From: an uncultured Candidatus Saccharibacteria bacterium
GTDB taxonomy: Bacteria > Patescibacteriota > Saccharimonadia > Saccharimonadales > UBA10212
NCBI GenBank assembly: GCA_964448095.1
Contig: CAYUUT010000002.1
Span: 27,959 to 91,958 of the forward strand
Reading direction: 5' to 3'
Length of the DNA stretch: 64,000 bases
The notes under the pieces: generated by a model
What the model was told of the DNA's origin: nothing
Database searches by the model: none
The model's input: only the letters and a program-made list of their open reading frames with translations
Part shown: piece by piece, positions 42,686-52,681 of the stretch
How the letters are laid out: every line of letters starts with the position of its first letter
Position numbering within the stretch: position 1 is the stretch's first letter
Translations under genes and position numbers: made by a program

Positions 42686-43599
42686 GATTTTTCGGCCTTC
42701 CCGGTTTTGGCCTGGTACTCTTCTGTCCCTTCGGTTAGCTCCAGAAATACGTCTTCCAGCGAGGCCGCGTGGCTGGCTAGTTCTAGGATTGGCAGACCAG
42801 CGCTAAAGGCTAGTCTGCCTACTTCATCGGTTTTGACACCGTAAACTTTTAGGCCACCGTCATTTTTTTCGAATTTGAGCTTGGTTTTTAGCAACCGCTT
42901 CTCTAGTTCTGAAACTTTGGTGGTACGCACAAAAACACTGGAGTGCGAGCTGCCGCCAATCAGTTTATCCATCGAAGTGTCGGCAATCAGCTTACCTTTG
43001 CCAATGACCACCACGTTATCGGCCATTTGTGACATCTCGCTCAGCAAGTGGCTGGAAACCATCACCCCGCCGCCATTCGCGGCGTATTCACGTAAGAATT
43101 GGCGCAGCCAGGCGATTCCTTCAGGGTCAAGACCGTTAGCCGGCTCGTCTAAAATTAAATACTTAGGGCTGCCCAACAGTGCGGCGGCGATGCCCAGGCG
43201 CTGGCTCATTCCCAAACTAAATTTGCCAGGGCCCTTTTTGGCTACCTCAGTCAAACCGACAATTTCTAAAACTTCATCGACTCGTTTTATAGGGATATTT
43301 CCGGCAGCGGCTAAAATTTTAAGGTGATTTTGGGCGCTGCGAGTTGGGTGAAAAGCCTTGGCTTCCAGCAGGATGCCGACAATCTTTGAAGGCTGTTGGT
43401 ACGACTGCAACGGCTTGCCGTCATAGGTTGTACCGCCGCTGCCAGCATCCAGACCAAGCATTAAGCGCATGGTGGTGCTTTTGCCGGCGCCATTCGGGCC
43501 CAGGAAGCCGGTAACTTTACCGGTCTCTATCTCGAAGGACAGGTTATCGACGGCTTGCTTCTTACGATACGCCTTGCTGAGGTTTTTGGCCTTAATCAT
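42682..43599 (-). CDS. ABC transporter ATP-binding protein
   Basis: GFLGPNGAGKSTT, LSLGMSQRL, LILDEPANGLD. Confidence 0.9.
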   Translation of the reverse strand: MIKAKNLSKAYRKKQAVDNLSFEIETGKVTGFLGPNGAGKSTTMRLMLGLDAGSGGTTYDGKPLQSYQQPSKIVGILLEAKAFHPTRSAQNHLKILAAAGNIPIKRVDEVLEIVGLTEVAKKGPGKFSLGMSQRLGIAAALLGSPKYLILDEPANGLDPEGIAWLRQFLREYAANGGGVMVSSHLLSEMSQMADNVVVIGKGKLIADTSMDKLIGGSSHSSVFVRTTKVSELEKRLLKTKLKFEKNDGGLKVYGVKTDEVGRLAFSAGLPILELASHAASLEDVFLELTEGTEEYQAKTGKAEKS

Positions 43600-43627
43600 T
43601 AACTTAAATTATACCTGAGGGTTCGGC

Positions 43628-44500
43628 CTATTTATAAAAAATCTTGCCCGGAACCCGGACGTCGAGGTACTCTGCCGGCTGTTTGCCGCTTTGGGCAAAA
43701 TTATGGCGAGCGGCCAGGAATTGGCCGGTCTGTAATATCGGGTCACCGCCCAGATAGAATTTGACGTAGTAGCCCTGGTCGGTGGTGCGCAGATCCAGCT
43801 CCTCGGCCTGAGGCGGTAAAACTAAAGATTTAACCGACACACTGGCGCGATCGGTCTGAACCAGCAGGTTATTAATAAAGCTAACGCTCTGAGCGCTCAG
43901 CACCTGCTGCCCCGGCCGGGCGGTAAAACCGCTTTGGTCGCTTAAGGTAGTCAAGTTCTTAACCTGCGGCAGGTTCTTGGCGATATTGGTAGCGACGCCC
44001 TCCGAATCGATTATGTAATCCTGGCCGTTATTGCTAAGGAAGAAGCTGGGCTTGGCGACGGTTAAATGGATAATCGGCGTCTCGCTAAAGATTGGCAGCT
44101 CCAGCGAAGCGCTGGCAATTTCCGGGAACTTATTTTGCAGCGCGTTGATAACACCCTGCTCGTTGAGGGTGATTTTGTTGCGATTTTTCAGGGAGCCCAG
44201 CTGTTTGGCGGCAACTGCCTGGTAGTCGGCTGCTGAGTGATAAGTCGTGTCATTGAGTTGGATTTGGGGAGTCGATTTGACCAGCAAACTGTAGACTAGC
44301 CCGGCAAGGAGTAAAAATACTATTACAGTGTCTAAAAGACGTACAAAATATTTGCGCGCCCGGCCTTTTTTGCTGGTTTTGCGATTGAATGGGCTACTGC
44401 CGCTGGCGACTGAACCGCGGCGGTAATAATTGACCGGCACTCGGCCGCCGCGGTTCGAACGCGGCTGTGGTGCCTTGGATTTTTTTATCTTGAGCGCCAT
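43628..44500 (-). CDS. ftsQ: cell division protein FtsQ-like (POTRA)
   Basis: Basic N-terminus, one TM segment and a POTRA-like region. It is the terminal gene of the dcw cluster. Confidence 0.55.
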   Translation of the reverse strand: MALKIKKSKAPQPRSNRGGRVPVNYYRRGSVASGSSPFNRKTSKKGRARKYFVRLLDTVIVFLLLAGLVYSLLVKSTPQIQLNDTTYHSAADYQAVAAKQLGSLKNRNKITLNEQGVINALQNKFPEIASASLELPIFSETPIIHLTVAKPSFFLSNNGQDYIIDSEGVATNIAKNLPQVKNLTTLSDQSGFTARPGQQVLSAQSVSFINNLLVQTDRASVSVKSLVLPPQAEELDLRTTDQGYYVKFYLGGDPILQTGQFLAARHNFAQSGKQPAEYLDVRVPGKIFYK

Positions 44501-44505
44501 CCCGT

Positions 44506-45675
44506 CTAAGTGCCCACTCCACTCTCTGCCACATGCAAAATTAGCTGGGCCAGTTTTTCAGCGGCCTGGGGCTGGGCCAGTGTACCTAGTTTGTCGCCAA
44601 GCGCTTCCCGCCCCCGTTTATTTTGCAAGAGCTGGTTTAGAACTTTGAGTAATTCTTCGGGTGTGACCTGGCTGTCAAGAACTTCGGCGGCCACCAGCTC
44701 CTGTAGTTGCTTAACGTTGGCCAGCTGGTGGCCGCCGGTTAAATGGGCCGCCGGAACCACCACGATGGGCTTACGCTGCAGGGCGAACTCGGCCAGAGTC
44801 GAAGCTCCGGCGCGGCACAATATTAGATCGGCCGCGCCGCTATATTTGTAGAAATCAGGGGTAAAGCCCAATACCGACACCCGGCCTTCGGCCTCGGGCA
44901 TTCGCTGATAGGCTTCGCTGGCTTCGGCTTGGTGCTGCTGACCGGCAATTATAATAATCCGCAACCTTGGTTGCTGTTTTAGCAGCTCTGGCGCGGTTTT
45001 GCTTATCAGGTCATTCATATAGCCGGAGCCCAGGCCGCCGCCAGCCACCAGTAGCACTAGACTGTCTTCTGGCAGCGCTAGCTCTCGCTTGAAGGTTCTC
45101 TGCTGCGCCTCGCTGACCGGTTTTATGTGCTCGTCTACCGGAATCCCGGTAAAAACCAGCTTGCCCTTGGGATAATCGTAATTTTCAACCGGCTGCCCAA
45201 CGGCATGTACCACCGCCCAGCGCGCTAGGATGCGGTTGGCTAAACCTGGAACAGCGTCCGAATCATGGGTAATAATCGGAATACCAAGGCGATGGGCGGC
45301 AATACCCACCGGTACGGCGGCGTAACTTCCCTTAGAAAAGACCACGTCGGGTTTTATCCGTTTTAGCTGGCGTTTAGCGCTGAATATACCGCGCGATACC
45401 CGGAAAAAATCCCGGATGTTCAATAGCAGCGTTTTAACATCTATCAGATGCGCCAGAAAACTCTGGCCATGGTAACGGCGATACTTACCTGAGGCAACAA
45501 GGCAAACTTCGTCAAAAGCCTGGTACTTTTCCTGTAAGCCTTCAAGCTTTTCGCCTTTCAAACCAATATAAACTATTCTGCATTTGGGATTTTTTGTTTT
45601 AAGCGCGTGGGCCAGTGACAGCAGCGGAGTGATGTGGCCGCCGGATCCCCCGCCCGTTAATACTATAGTAGGCAT
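44506..45675 (-). CDS. murG: UDP-N-acetylglucosamine--N-acetylmuramyl-(pentapeptide) pyrophosphoryl-undecaprenol GlcNAc transferase
   Basis: IVLTGGGSGGHITPLL. ATG 45675 is preferred over GTG 45687. Confidence 0.85.
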   Translation of the reverse strand: MPTIVLTGGGSGGHITPLLSLAHALKTKNPKCRIVYIGLKGEKLEGLQEKYQAFDEVCLVASGKYRRYHGQSFLAHLIDVKTLLLNIRDFFRVSRGIFSAKRQLKRIKPDVVFSKGSYAAVPVGIAAHRLGIPIITHDSDAVPGLANRILARWAVVHAVGQPVENYDYPKGKLVFTGIPVDEHIKPVSEAQQRTFKRELALPEDSLVLLVAGGGLGSGYMNDLISKTAPELLKQQPRLRIIIIAGQQHQAEASEAYQRMPEAEGRVSVLGFTPDFYKYSGAADLILCRAGASTLAEFALQRKPIVVVPAAHLTGGHQLANVKQLQELVAAEVLDSQVTPEELLKVLNQLLQNKRGREALGDKLGTLAQPQAAEKLAQLILHVAESGVGT

Positions 45676-46891
45676 GTTCTCTTTCACTAGGGCTGTTTTG
45701 TGGTTCGGTTACACTGTAACTAGTATAGCGCGAAACCTGAAAAACCATGCCCAGGGCGGCCGTCAGGAACACCAAACTGGTACCGCCCTGGCTAATAAAC
45801 GGCAGCGTTATGCCCTTCAGCGGTAACAGGCCAAGCATCGCCCCGACATTAATAATCATTTGGGTGGATAGCCAGGTCAGCACCCCGACCACTAGCAGGC
45901 GGCTGAATTGATCAGAGGTATGGTCGATAATTTGTTTTAACCGGGTAATAAAGACGCCGTAAACGGTTATTACGATTAGTGTGCCGATAAAACCGACCTG
46001 TTCGGCGATAATGGCGAAAATCGAGTCATTAGAGGCCTCGGGCGTGTAACCATAAGCCTGTACGCTGTTTCCTAGCCCCAAGCCCGCTAAACCGCCAGAA
46101 CCCACTGCAATTAGCGCCTGACAGGCCTGGTAGCCACTGCCCTGGCATTGGCTCTGCGGATGCAAGAATGTCTGCAAGCGTTCGCGGCGGTAGCTACTGG
46201 TTGAAATCGCTACCGTCAGCAGCAATAAGACCACACCGGCCACCAGCAGGACTTTCTTCAGCGGGATACCCACGGTAAAAGCCATTATGCCAATTACAGC
46301 AATCATCACTCCGGCTGAACCGAGGTCGCTTTGCAGCTTAGCCACCACCACACCAACCGCCAGAAGCAGAATTAACAGCGGCCGCAAAGTACTTTTATAA
46401 TCAGCTATCTTGCCCGCCCGCCACTGTTCGGTGAGAAACTTTGCGACGCCGGCTATCAGAGCCAGTTTGATGAATTCAGCAATCTGAAACGAGAAGCTAC
46501 CCAAGCGAATCCAGCGATGAGCCGGATAGACGGCATTTATAGGGGTGACCATGACCACCAGGCAGCCGATGGCGGCCATCCAGGCCAGCGGCCGGGCCGC
46601 CCGCCACCACCAGGCGGTTGGCAGATAAGCGGCGACGGCAAAGACCACCACTCCCAGGATAACGTCAATCAGTTGTTTGCTAATAAAATAGTTTTGGCTA
46701 ACACCTTGGCTGGCGGCCAGCCCGGGACTAATGGAGTAAACCACCACCAATCCGAAAGTTAGGAGTAGAGCCGAAAGGATTAACAGCCAATAATCTGGCC
46801 GGTGGCGGCGGTTGGGGGCGCTTGCGTTTGCCTGATTGCGAACCGTCCCCAGTGGCTGGCGTTCCGCGCTGTGGCGCGGACGGATACTCAC
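45599..46891 (-). CDS. ftsW: SEDS family lipid II flippase / peptidoglycan polymerase FtsW
   Basis: GLLPLKGITLPFISQGGTSL. I place the start at GTG 46891, which forms a GTGA overlap with the mraY stop. Confidence 0.85.
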   Translation of the reverse strand: MSIRPRHSAERQPLGTVRNQANASAPNRRHRPDYWLLILSALLLTFGLVVVYSISPGLAASQGVSQNYFISKQLIDVILGVVVFAVAAYLPTAWWWRAARPLAWMAAIGCLVVMVTPINAVYPAHRWIRLGSFSFQIAEFIKLALIAGVAKFLTEQWRAGKIADYKSTLRPLLILLLAVGVVVAKLQSDLGSAGVMIAVIGIMAFTVGIPLKKVLLVAGVVLLLLTVAISTSSYRRERLQTFLHPQSQCQGSGYQACQALIAVGSGGLAGLGLGNSVQAYGYTPEASNDSIFAIIAEQVGFIGTLIVITVYGVFITRLKQIIDHTSDQFSRLLVVGVLTWLSTQMIINVGAMLGLLPLKGITLPFISQGGTSLVFLTAALGMVFQVSRYTSYSVTEPQNSPSEREHAYYSINGRGIRRPHHSAAVTGPRA

Positions 46892-47931
46892 GAAGTTACG
46901 CCTCCTAATATATAGATAACCAGACCCAGGAAGGCAGCCACGCTGCCGAGCACCCAAAAGCGCATGGTAACCTTTGTCTCCGGCCAGCCGATGGCTTCGA
47001 AATGGTGGTGAATCGGACTGGAAAGAAAGATTTTCTTGCCGTTACGCAATTTCTTACTGGTAATCTGCAGTGCTACCGAACCGGTCTCAATCACGAACAC
47101 AAAACCGATTACCGGCAAGATTAAAACGGTGTCTGTCAGCATGGCTACCACTCCTAGAGCCGTTCCCAAAGCAAACGAACCAACATCTCCCATGAAAAAC
47201 CGCGCCGGATAGATATTAAACCAGGTGTAGCTGAGCAGCGCGCCGACCACCGTTGTGCAGAAGCCGGCCAGGCCGTATTTCCTTTCGATTAAAGCTATAA
47301 AGGTATACACACCGAACGCGATAACCGATAGGCCGCCGGCCAAGCCGTCTAGGCCGTCAGTTATATTCACGGCGTTAGCGGTCGAAAAAATTACCAGTAT
47401 GAACAGCGGGATAATCAGCCAGCCCAGATGCCACAGGCCTATAAATGGCACATGAATATCAGTTACACCCAGTTTGGAATAAAACCACCAACCACCAACC
47501 AGGGCTATGGCAATCAAAAATAGCGATTTAACCTTGGCACGCATACCGGCAATGTTACCGCCGATACCACGGATATTGATAATGTCATCGAACAGGCCGA
47601 TTGCCCCCGCCCCTACCATGGCCGCCAGCGGCAACCAGGTTTCCGAACGGCTAAGGTTGCCGGCCAGCGTCACTAAAACCGTAGCCAATACAAAAATAAT
47701 ACCGGCCATGGTTGGGATGTTGCGGGCGTGTTTGGCGGCGTGTAATTTATGGTAAACCTTGGCCGCTTCGCCAGTCATAGCGTGGGTACGGGCCTTTTTC
47801 CACCACTTACCAGAAAAGGCTGCCGCGGTGTATAGCGGTGTCAGGGCCATGCTGGCTAAAAAACTCAGCAGACCGAAGGTAAAAATTTGTTCCAAGGTGT
47901 GCGAATCGACAACTAATTCAAGTGATGTCAT
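46888..47931 (-). CDS. mraY: phospho-N-acetylmuramoyl-pentapeptide transferase
   Basis: NAVNITDGLDGLAGG and HHHFE. Confidence 0.9.
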   Translation of the reverse strand: MTSLELVVDSHTLEQIFTFGLLSFLASMALTPLYTAAAFSGKWWKKARTHAMTGEAAKVYHKLHAAKHARNIPTMAGIIFVLATVLVTLAGNLSRSETWLPLAAMVGAGAIGLFDDIINIRGIGGNIAGMRAKVKSLFLIAIALVGGWWFYSKLGVTDIHVPFIGLWHLGWLIIPLFILVIFSTANAVNITDGLDGLAGGLSVIAFGVYTFIALIERKYGLAGFCTTVVGALLSYTWFNIYPARFFMGDVGSFALGTALGVVAMLTDTVLILPVIGFVFVIETGSVALQITSKKLRNGKKIFLSSPIHHHFEAIGWPETKVTMRFWVLGSVAAFLGLVIYILGGVTS

Positions 47932-47976
47932 GTCTGTTTTTCATTTAACTCTAGCATTATAGCATTCAACCCCATA

Positions 47977-49770
47977 TTACGAACCACTTTTGGGGGTGAT
48001 ATAACCACCGTTAATAAGCATGTGAGCCAGATCGCCAAACACTGGCTGGCCGCCATAAGATCCGGCGTAACCCGGGACGTCGGGCAAGGTATTAAAGACC
48101 ACTATCACGTCTTGGACTTTGTCGCCGCCGACAAATCCGGCATAGGTGCCATTGAACTTGTCGTCGTAGTAACCGCCGCCGGGTTGGGCTACCTGGGCGG
48201 TGCCGGTTTTGCCCCCGACTATATAATTGCTGGGAAAATTCAGATAGCTAAAGCCGCCGGGGTTGAGGTGTTGAGCCACCACATATTCCATCAAGGTAGC
48301 CAATTGTTGACCGACCTGGGGTTTGACGGCGTTTTTCTCCAGCGCTGTGGGTGCCTTAACCTTAACCTTGCCGTTGGCGGCGGTGGTTTTAGCCACCAGC
48401 GTCGGCTGGTAATAAGTGCCGCCATTGAGAATACTGGACAGAGCGGCGCTCATTTGCAACGCCGTCAGCGTAACACCCTGCCCGAAAGCCGTGTTAGCGT
48501 AAGTCAGGTTTAGGCCATAGCCATTGTCCGGACCGGGAACGTAACCGGCGGCTTCGTAACCCTGCTCAATACCCGTGGGTCTGCCCAGGCGGTAATGGTT
48601 AACCATATAATCGTACCAGTGGTCGCGGGCCTGTTGGTTAATTTGGCCGCCGCCCATCTGCATTAGCTCCCAAGTGGCGCCGGTATTAAGCGAGAGATTC
48701 AGGATATCACCGAGGCTTTTAACTCCAGCCCCGCCGTCTTCTTCGATGTCGGTTATATTGAAGCCGTCAATCACCCAGTGGGCCGGATCATAAAAGGTAG
48801 TGCTGGGCTGAACCACGCCCAGGTTCAGGGCGGCCGCGGTGGTTAGATTTTTCATACTGGATCCGGGTTCGATGGGGTTATCGACGGCTGCGTTCTGGAA
48901 TAGGTTCTGGTCGCTAACCTCTTGATAGCTAGCCGGATTATAAGTCGGATAGTTAGCCATGGCTTTTATCTGGCCGGTGTTAACATCCATAATAATCGCA
49001 CTCAGGCCCTGAGATTTGGTCTTTTGGTATTCCTGCTTCAGTATGGTTTCCATCTGGGTCTGCATACCCAGGTTGATTGTCAGTTCGATATTATCGCCGT
49101 TTACCGGATCGATCTGGACATTGTCACGACTGGCGGCCAGTGGCACACCATTGGCATCGGTGATAGCTTTGAGCGTGCCCGGCGTGCCGGTCAGCTGGCT
49201 GTTAAGCGCCTGCTCTATGCCGTATTGGCCCTGGCCGTTGTTATTAACAAAGCCCAGTAGCTGCGAGGCCAGGCTGTCATCTGGATAAGTGCGGTAATCT
49301 TGACCCTGGGTACCGACTCCCGGCAGCTTTAAGGCAAGTATTTGATTGCTTTGATTCTGGTTGAGTTTTTGGGCCAGCGCCACGTAGCGGGTGTTTTTCG
49401 ACTTCATCTGCTCGGCGTAAATGACCGCGCTGCCTTTAGTGATAGCCGATAACTTTACGGCGTCAGGAACAGCATTCTTTACCAGCGTGGGATCAGCATA
49501 AAGCGTGTACAACTCCTGGTTAAGAACGATGGGCACCACCGAGTCGCCTTCCTGGGCTTCGATAATCCCCCGCTGCGGCGCGATTGAATATTGTTTCAAC
49601 TGGTCGCTGAGCGCCGCCGCCCGGTACTGGTCGTGGCGTACAATCTGCAGCCAGAACAGCCGGAACACAAAAATCATCATAATTAAAATAAGCGCCCCAT
49701 ACCATACGGCGAGGCGGCGACCGGCGCTATTGCTAGCTGCCGGCGGGCGGCTATTTTGGCTTGGCCTCAT
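47977..49770 (-). CDS. class B penicillin-binding protein (FtsI/PBP2-type transpeptidase)
   Basis: SxxK (GSSMKNL), SxN (LSLNTG), KTG (GGKTGTAQ). N-terminal TM anchor. Confidence 0.85.
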   Translation of the reverse strand: MRPSQNSRPPAASNSAGRRLAVWYGALILIMMIFVFRLFWLQIVRHDQYRAAALSDQLKQYSIAPQRGIIEAQEGDSVVPIVLNQELYTLYADPTLVKNAVPDAVKLSAITKGSAVIYAEQMKSKNTRYVALAQKLNQNQSNQILALKLPGVGTQGQDYRTYPDDSLASQLLGFVNNNGQGQYGIEQALNSQLTGTPGTLKAITDANGVPLAASRDNVQIDPVNGDNIELTINLGMQTQMETILKQEYQKTKSQGLSAIIMDVNTGQIKAMANYPTYNPASYQEVSDQNLFQNAAVDNPIEPGSSMKNLTTAAALNLGVVQPSTTFYDPAHWVIDGFNITDIEEDGGAGVKSLGDILNLSLNTGATWELMQMGGGQINQQARDHWYDYMVNHYRLGRPTGIEQGYEAAGYVPGPDNGYGLNLTYANTAFGQGVTLTALQMSAALSSILNGGTYYQPTLVAKTTAANGKVKVKAPTALEKNAVKPQVGQQLATLMEYVVAQHLNPGGFSYLNFPSNYIVGGKTGTAQVAQPGGGYYDDKFNGTYAGFVGGDKVQDVIVVFNTLPDVPGYAGSYGGQPVFGDLAHMLINGGYITPKSGS

Positions 49771-49783
49771 TTAATATCCACTG

Positions 49784-50131
49784 CTACTGCGAAATTGTTC
49801 CGGAAGGCGTTACCGGCACCAGGTTTTTGGCTACCTGGCTGGCAGCAACCCTATCCAACGACTGCTGACGAGCGGCGTTTACTTCCAGGTTGGCATTCTG
49901 GCTCTGCAGCTGGCTCTGTTGTTGCTGCAACGAATTAATGGTATAGCCAAAGCTGTTGGTTTTAGTTACCTGGGTCAGATATAGCAGGCCGATCATACAG
50001 GCCAGTACTATCAAAATGATAGTGTTGCTAACCGGGCCAAGCGTACGGGTCTGGGCTACGAAGGATACAGAATTTTGATTGCGGCGGGCCATTGGCCGGC
50101 GGCTCATGGCTACGGAGGATGAATATGTCAT
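49784..50131 (-). CDS. FtsL/DivIC-like septation protein
   Basis: One TM segment followed by a Gln-rich coiled coil (LQQQQSQLQSQNANLEV). It occupies the ftsL position in the dcw cluster. Confidence 0.55.
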   Translation of the reverse strand: MTYSSSVAMSRRPMARRNQNSVSFVAQTRTLGPVSNTIILIVLACMIGLLYLTQVTKTNSFGYTINSLQQQQSQLQSQNANLEVNAARQQSLDRVAASQVAKNLVPVTPSGTISQ

Positions 50132-50275
50132 ATGTTTTTATTTTTGGCGGCGGCGCTTAGCTTGCGTACTTAAAGCGCCGCCAATCCCTCAGAGACCGCT
50201 AGTGTTCAACACGAACGGCGACTCTTTGTACGCGGGATTTGTCCGTAATTTTAATGGACATAAGGAAAGTTCCTT

Positions 50276-51169
50276 TTACCTTTCTATTTTTGTTTTTATT
50301 TTCACTGCGGCACGCAGTTTTGCGCTGCGGGCGCGCGGATTGGAAACGGTTTCATGGGGTTGGGCAGTCACGGGTTTTTTGGTCAATAGCTCTAGTTCGG
50401 CTTCGTAGGTATTACCCGAGTGCTCGGCCAGAAATTGTTTGACGATACGGTCTTCTAGGCTGTGAAAGCTGATGATGGCCATCCGGCCACCGGGCTTCAG
50501 CAGTTGCAGCCACAGCGGTAATGCCCGTTCCAGCTGCCCCAGCTCGTCATTAACTGCGATACGCAGCGCCTGAAAAGTCCGGGTGGCCGGATGGACACGA
50601 CTGTGTCCGGGCCAAAAACGGCTAACGATTGCCGCCAGCTCCTTGGTGCTGCTGAGCGGCCGGCGACGCACAATTGCCCGGGCTATTGCCCTGGCCTTGG
50701 GCTCCTGGCCGTAATCTGTTAGCAACGCCGTTAGCTGGTCTTCATTCCACTGGTTTACTATGGATTGCGCGCTGAGCTCTTGCTCGCTATCCATGCGCAT
50801 ATCCAGTGGACCGTCGTGGGCCAATGAAAAGCCCCGGTGCGGATCGTCAAGGTGCGGTGAACTTACGCCCAAATCTGCCAAAATCAAATCATATTGCCGG
50901 CCGGCTTTTACTAACTGCTCGCTGGCGCTGGCAAAATCGCCCCGAATTACCTCGGCTTCGCCGCCAAACTCCAGACCCAAAACCTTTATGGCTTCCGGAT
51001 CACGGTCTATTAGCGTCGCTTCGGCTCTGGTTTTATCTAAGACGGCCGCTGCATGCCCACCGTATCCGGCGGTCAGGTCCAAATAGGACTCCCCCGCTTG
51101 CGGAGACAGATAATGCAGTGCTTCGTCCAATAAAACCGGTGTGTGAACTTTTTGTGTTTGTTTTGGCAT
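50276..51169 (-). CDS. rsmH: 16S rRNA (cytosine1402-N4)-methyltransferase RsmH
   Basis: HTPVLLDE, DLTAGYGGH, DLGVSSPHLD. ATG 51169 is preferred over GTG 51199. Confidence 0.9.
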   Translation of the reverse strand: MPKQTQKVHTPVLLDEALHYLSPQAGESYLDLTAGYGGHAAAVLDKTRAEATLIDRDPEAIKVLGLEFGGEAEVIRGDFASASEQLVKAGRQYDLILADLGVSSPHLDDPHRGFSLAHDGPLDMRMDSEQELSAQSIVNQWNEDQLTALLTDYGQEPKARAIARAIVRRRPLSSTKELAAIVSRFWPGHSRVHPATRTFQALRIAVNDELGQLERALPLWLQLLKPGGRMAIISFHSLEDRIVKQFLAEHSGNTYEAELELLTKKPVTAQPHETVSNPRARSAKLRAAVKIKTKIER

Positions 51170-51500
51170 CTTTTTTGTTTTTGTTTTTTGCAAGATCACC
51201 TAATTAGCAGCCAGCTGTTTGTTTTTTTGTGGTTTTTGTTTTTGTTTACTTCATCGAATGATGAAGTGGTTGGAGCTTAAAGCGCGAATTGCTTCTTGCT
51301 TTGGGCTCTAAAGAAAGTTCTTGTGAGAGACTTTTGTGAGGTGGAGTTTTGGGAGGTGTTACGAAAGTAAAGTACAAAGGTTTTTATAACGATGGTTGGC
51401 CTTATAATCCATCGGCTGACTGCCAAATAGCCAATCTCGAGCTAAGTGGTTTCTGCTGCTTGAATGTGACCGAATTGTTAAGGTGCTCTGCGGGAACGTA

Positions 51501-51857
51501 TTAGTTTTTACGTGTTAGCCTCCAATAACGCCCGGCACGCACTGCAACTACATCCCGTTCAATCCCGGCAAAGTCCAGCAGGTGCTGTTCGAGGGTGATA
51601 CGCCCTTGTTTGGCATCTATCACCCCCTCAGCCTTGCCCATTCTAAACCTAACGTTCAGGTCGGCTATGGTTTCGTCCAAGATACTGCCTTGCAGTTCCG
51701 GTTCTACTAGCTGTTCCCAAACCGCTTTGGGATAGAGGTGCAGATAGTTCTTAAAGCCTCTGGTGATAATTGCTCCGTCCGCGAACTCGTTCCGAAGTTC
51801 GGTCGGTATGGTTAACCGCCGTTTGTCGTCGAGCTTGCGTTCAAAGTAATCTCCCAT
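51501..51857 (-). CDS. mraZ: transcriptional regulator MraZ
   Basis: Two SpoVT/AbrB-like repeats (DDKRRLTIP and KQGRITL). Confidence 0.85.
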   Translation of the reverse strand: MGDYFERKLDDKRRLTIPTELRNEFADGAIITRGFKNYLHLYPKAVWEQLVEPELQGSILDETIADLNVRFRMGKAEGVIDAKQGRITLEQHLLDFAGIERDVVAVRAGRYWRLTRKN

Positions 51858-51919
51858 GGCTTTTCGAAAATTTTTTAATAGTGGTTTTTTGTTTTTTAGG
51901 GATAGTCTGTTTTGGACTA

Positions 51920-51965
51920 CCCACTTTCACCCACTGCCAACAGTGTAATACCCACTCTGCCCCAC
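51920..51965 (-). promoter_or_regulatory. candidate MraZ operator: four GTGGG repeats in 10-bp phase
   Basis: On the plus strand, CCCAC occurs at 51920, 51930, 51951 and 51961, giving spacings of 10, 21 and 10 nt. The repeats lie 63-108 nt upstream of the mraZ ATG. Confidence 0.6.
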
Positions 51966-51980
51966 ACGCAAGTGTTTTAT

Positions 51981-52004
51981 AAAAAAAACACCCGAATGTT
52001 CGGG
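51981..52004 (-). terminator. intrinsic terminator of 52076..52672
   Basis: The minus strand reads CCCGA-acat-TCGGG followed by T8. Confidence 0.6.
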
Positions 52005-52075
52005 CAGTTGTCCACAGCTGAGTTTTGGAAGTTAATTATGCGCAATATATGGTGTATATAAGGCACCTGCCTACA

Positions 52076-52672
52076 CTACTTGTTGGCATCGGCGCCCGAT
52101 ACCAAAGTACCGACCCCATATTGGGGCGGCAGTAGAATCGGCCCACTGGCCAGCAGCGTGGGATCAATCTGACCTTCTGGCACGCCTTCACGGCGCTGAA
52201 CTTCAGTATCCTCGGCCATTACTAAATCGGTTACCTCACTGGCGCTTATCTTTGGATTATGCTCGTGGACGTAATCAGCGACGGAGCTTACGTCGCCCAG
52301 AATAACACTTCCGTATTCCCGACCTGCATAAAGTACGCGGTGCGATTCATTTTCCGTAGGTATCCTAAACGGACCGTTGTATTGCTCCTCACGATCTATA
52401 GCCTGCTGCTGAGCCTGATTCAGGCTGTGATTAAACGACCGTACGGCTTTGGGGCCGAACTCAACAAGCACAACGGTGGCAGTAACGATGGCGCCGCCTA
52501 CTTTCAGACCAAGCTTAATCTTTCGGCCTAGTTCTTTACCGCTTTTAGCGCGGGCTTCCTGGCGCATAAGATTAATATCTTCTTCGCTTAGAGGACTGTT
52601 TTCGATATATGAACGGGCTATTGATGTTGATTTCACTCTCAATATACTAGCATAAAGTGTTAAAATGGTCAA
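52076..52672 (-). CDS. hypothetical membrane-anchored protein
   Basis: 198-aa ORF with one TM segment (VGGAIVTATVVLVEF). The start is uncertain (TTG 52672, an in-frame GTG, or a later ATG). Confidence 0.45.
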   Translation of the reverse strand: MTILTLYASILRVKSTSIARSYIENSPLSEEDINLMRQEARAKSGKELGRKIKLGLKVGGAIVTATVVLVEFGPKAVRSFNHSLNQAQQQAIDREEQYNGPFRIPTENESHRVLYAGREYGSVILGDVSSVADYVHEHNPKISASEVTDLVMAEDTEVQRREGVPEGQIDPTLLASGPILLPPQYGVGTLVSGADANK

Positions 52673-52681
52673 GCTTATAAC

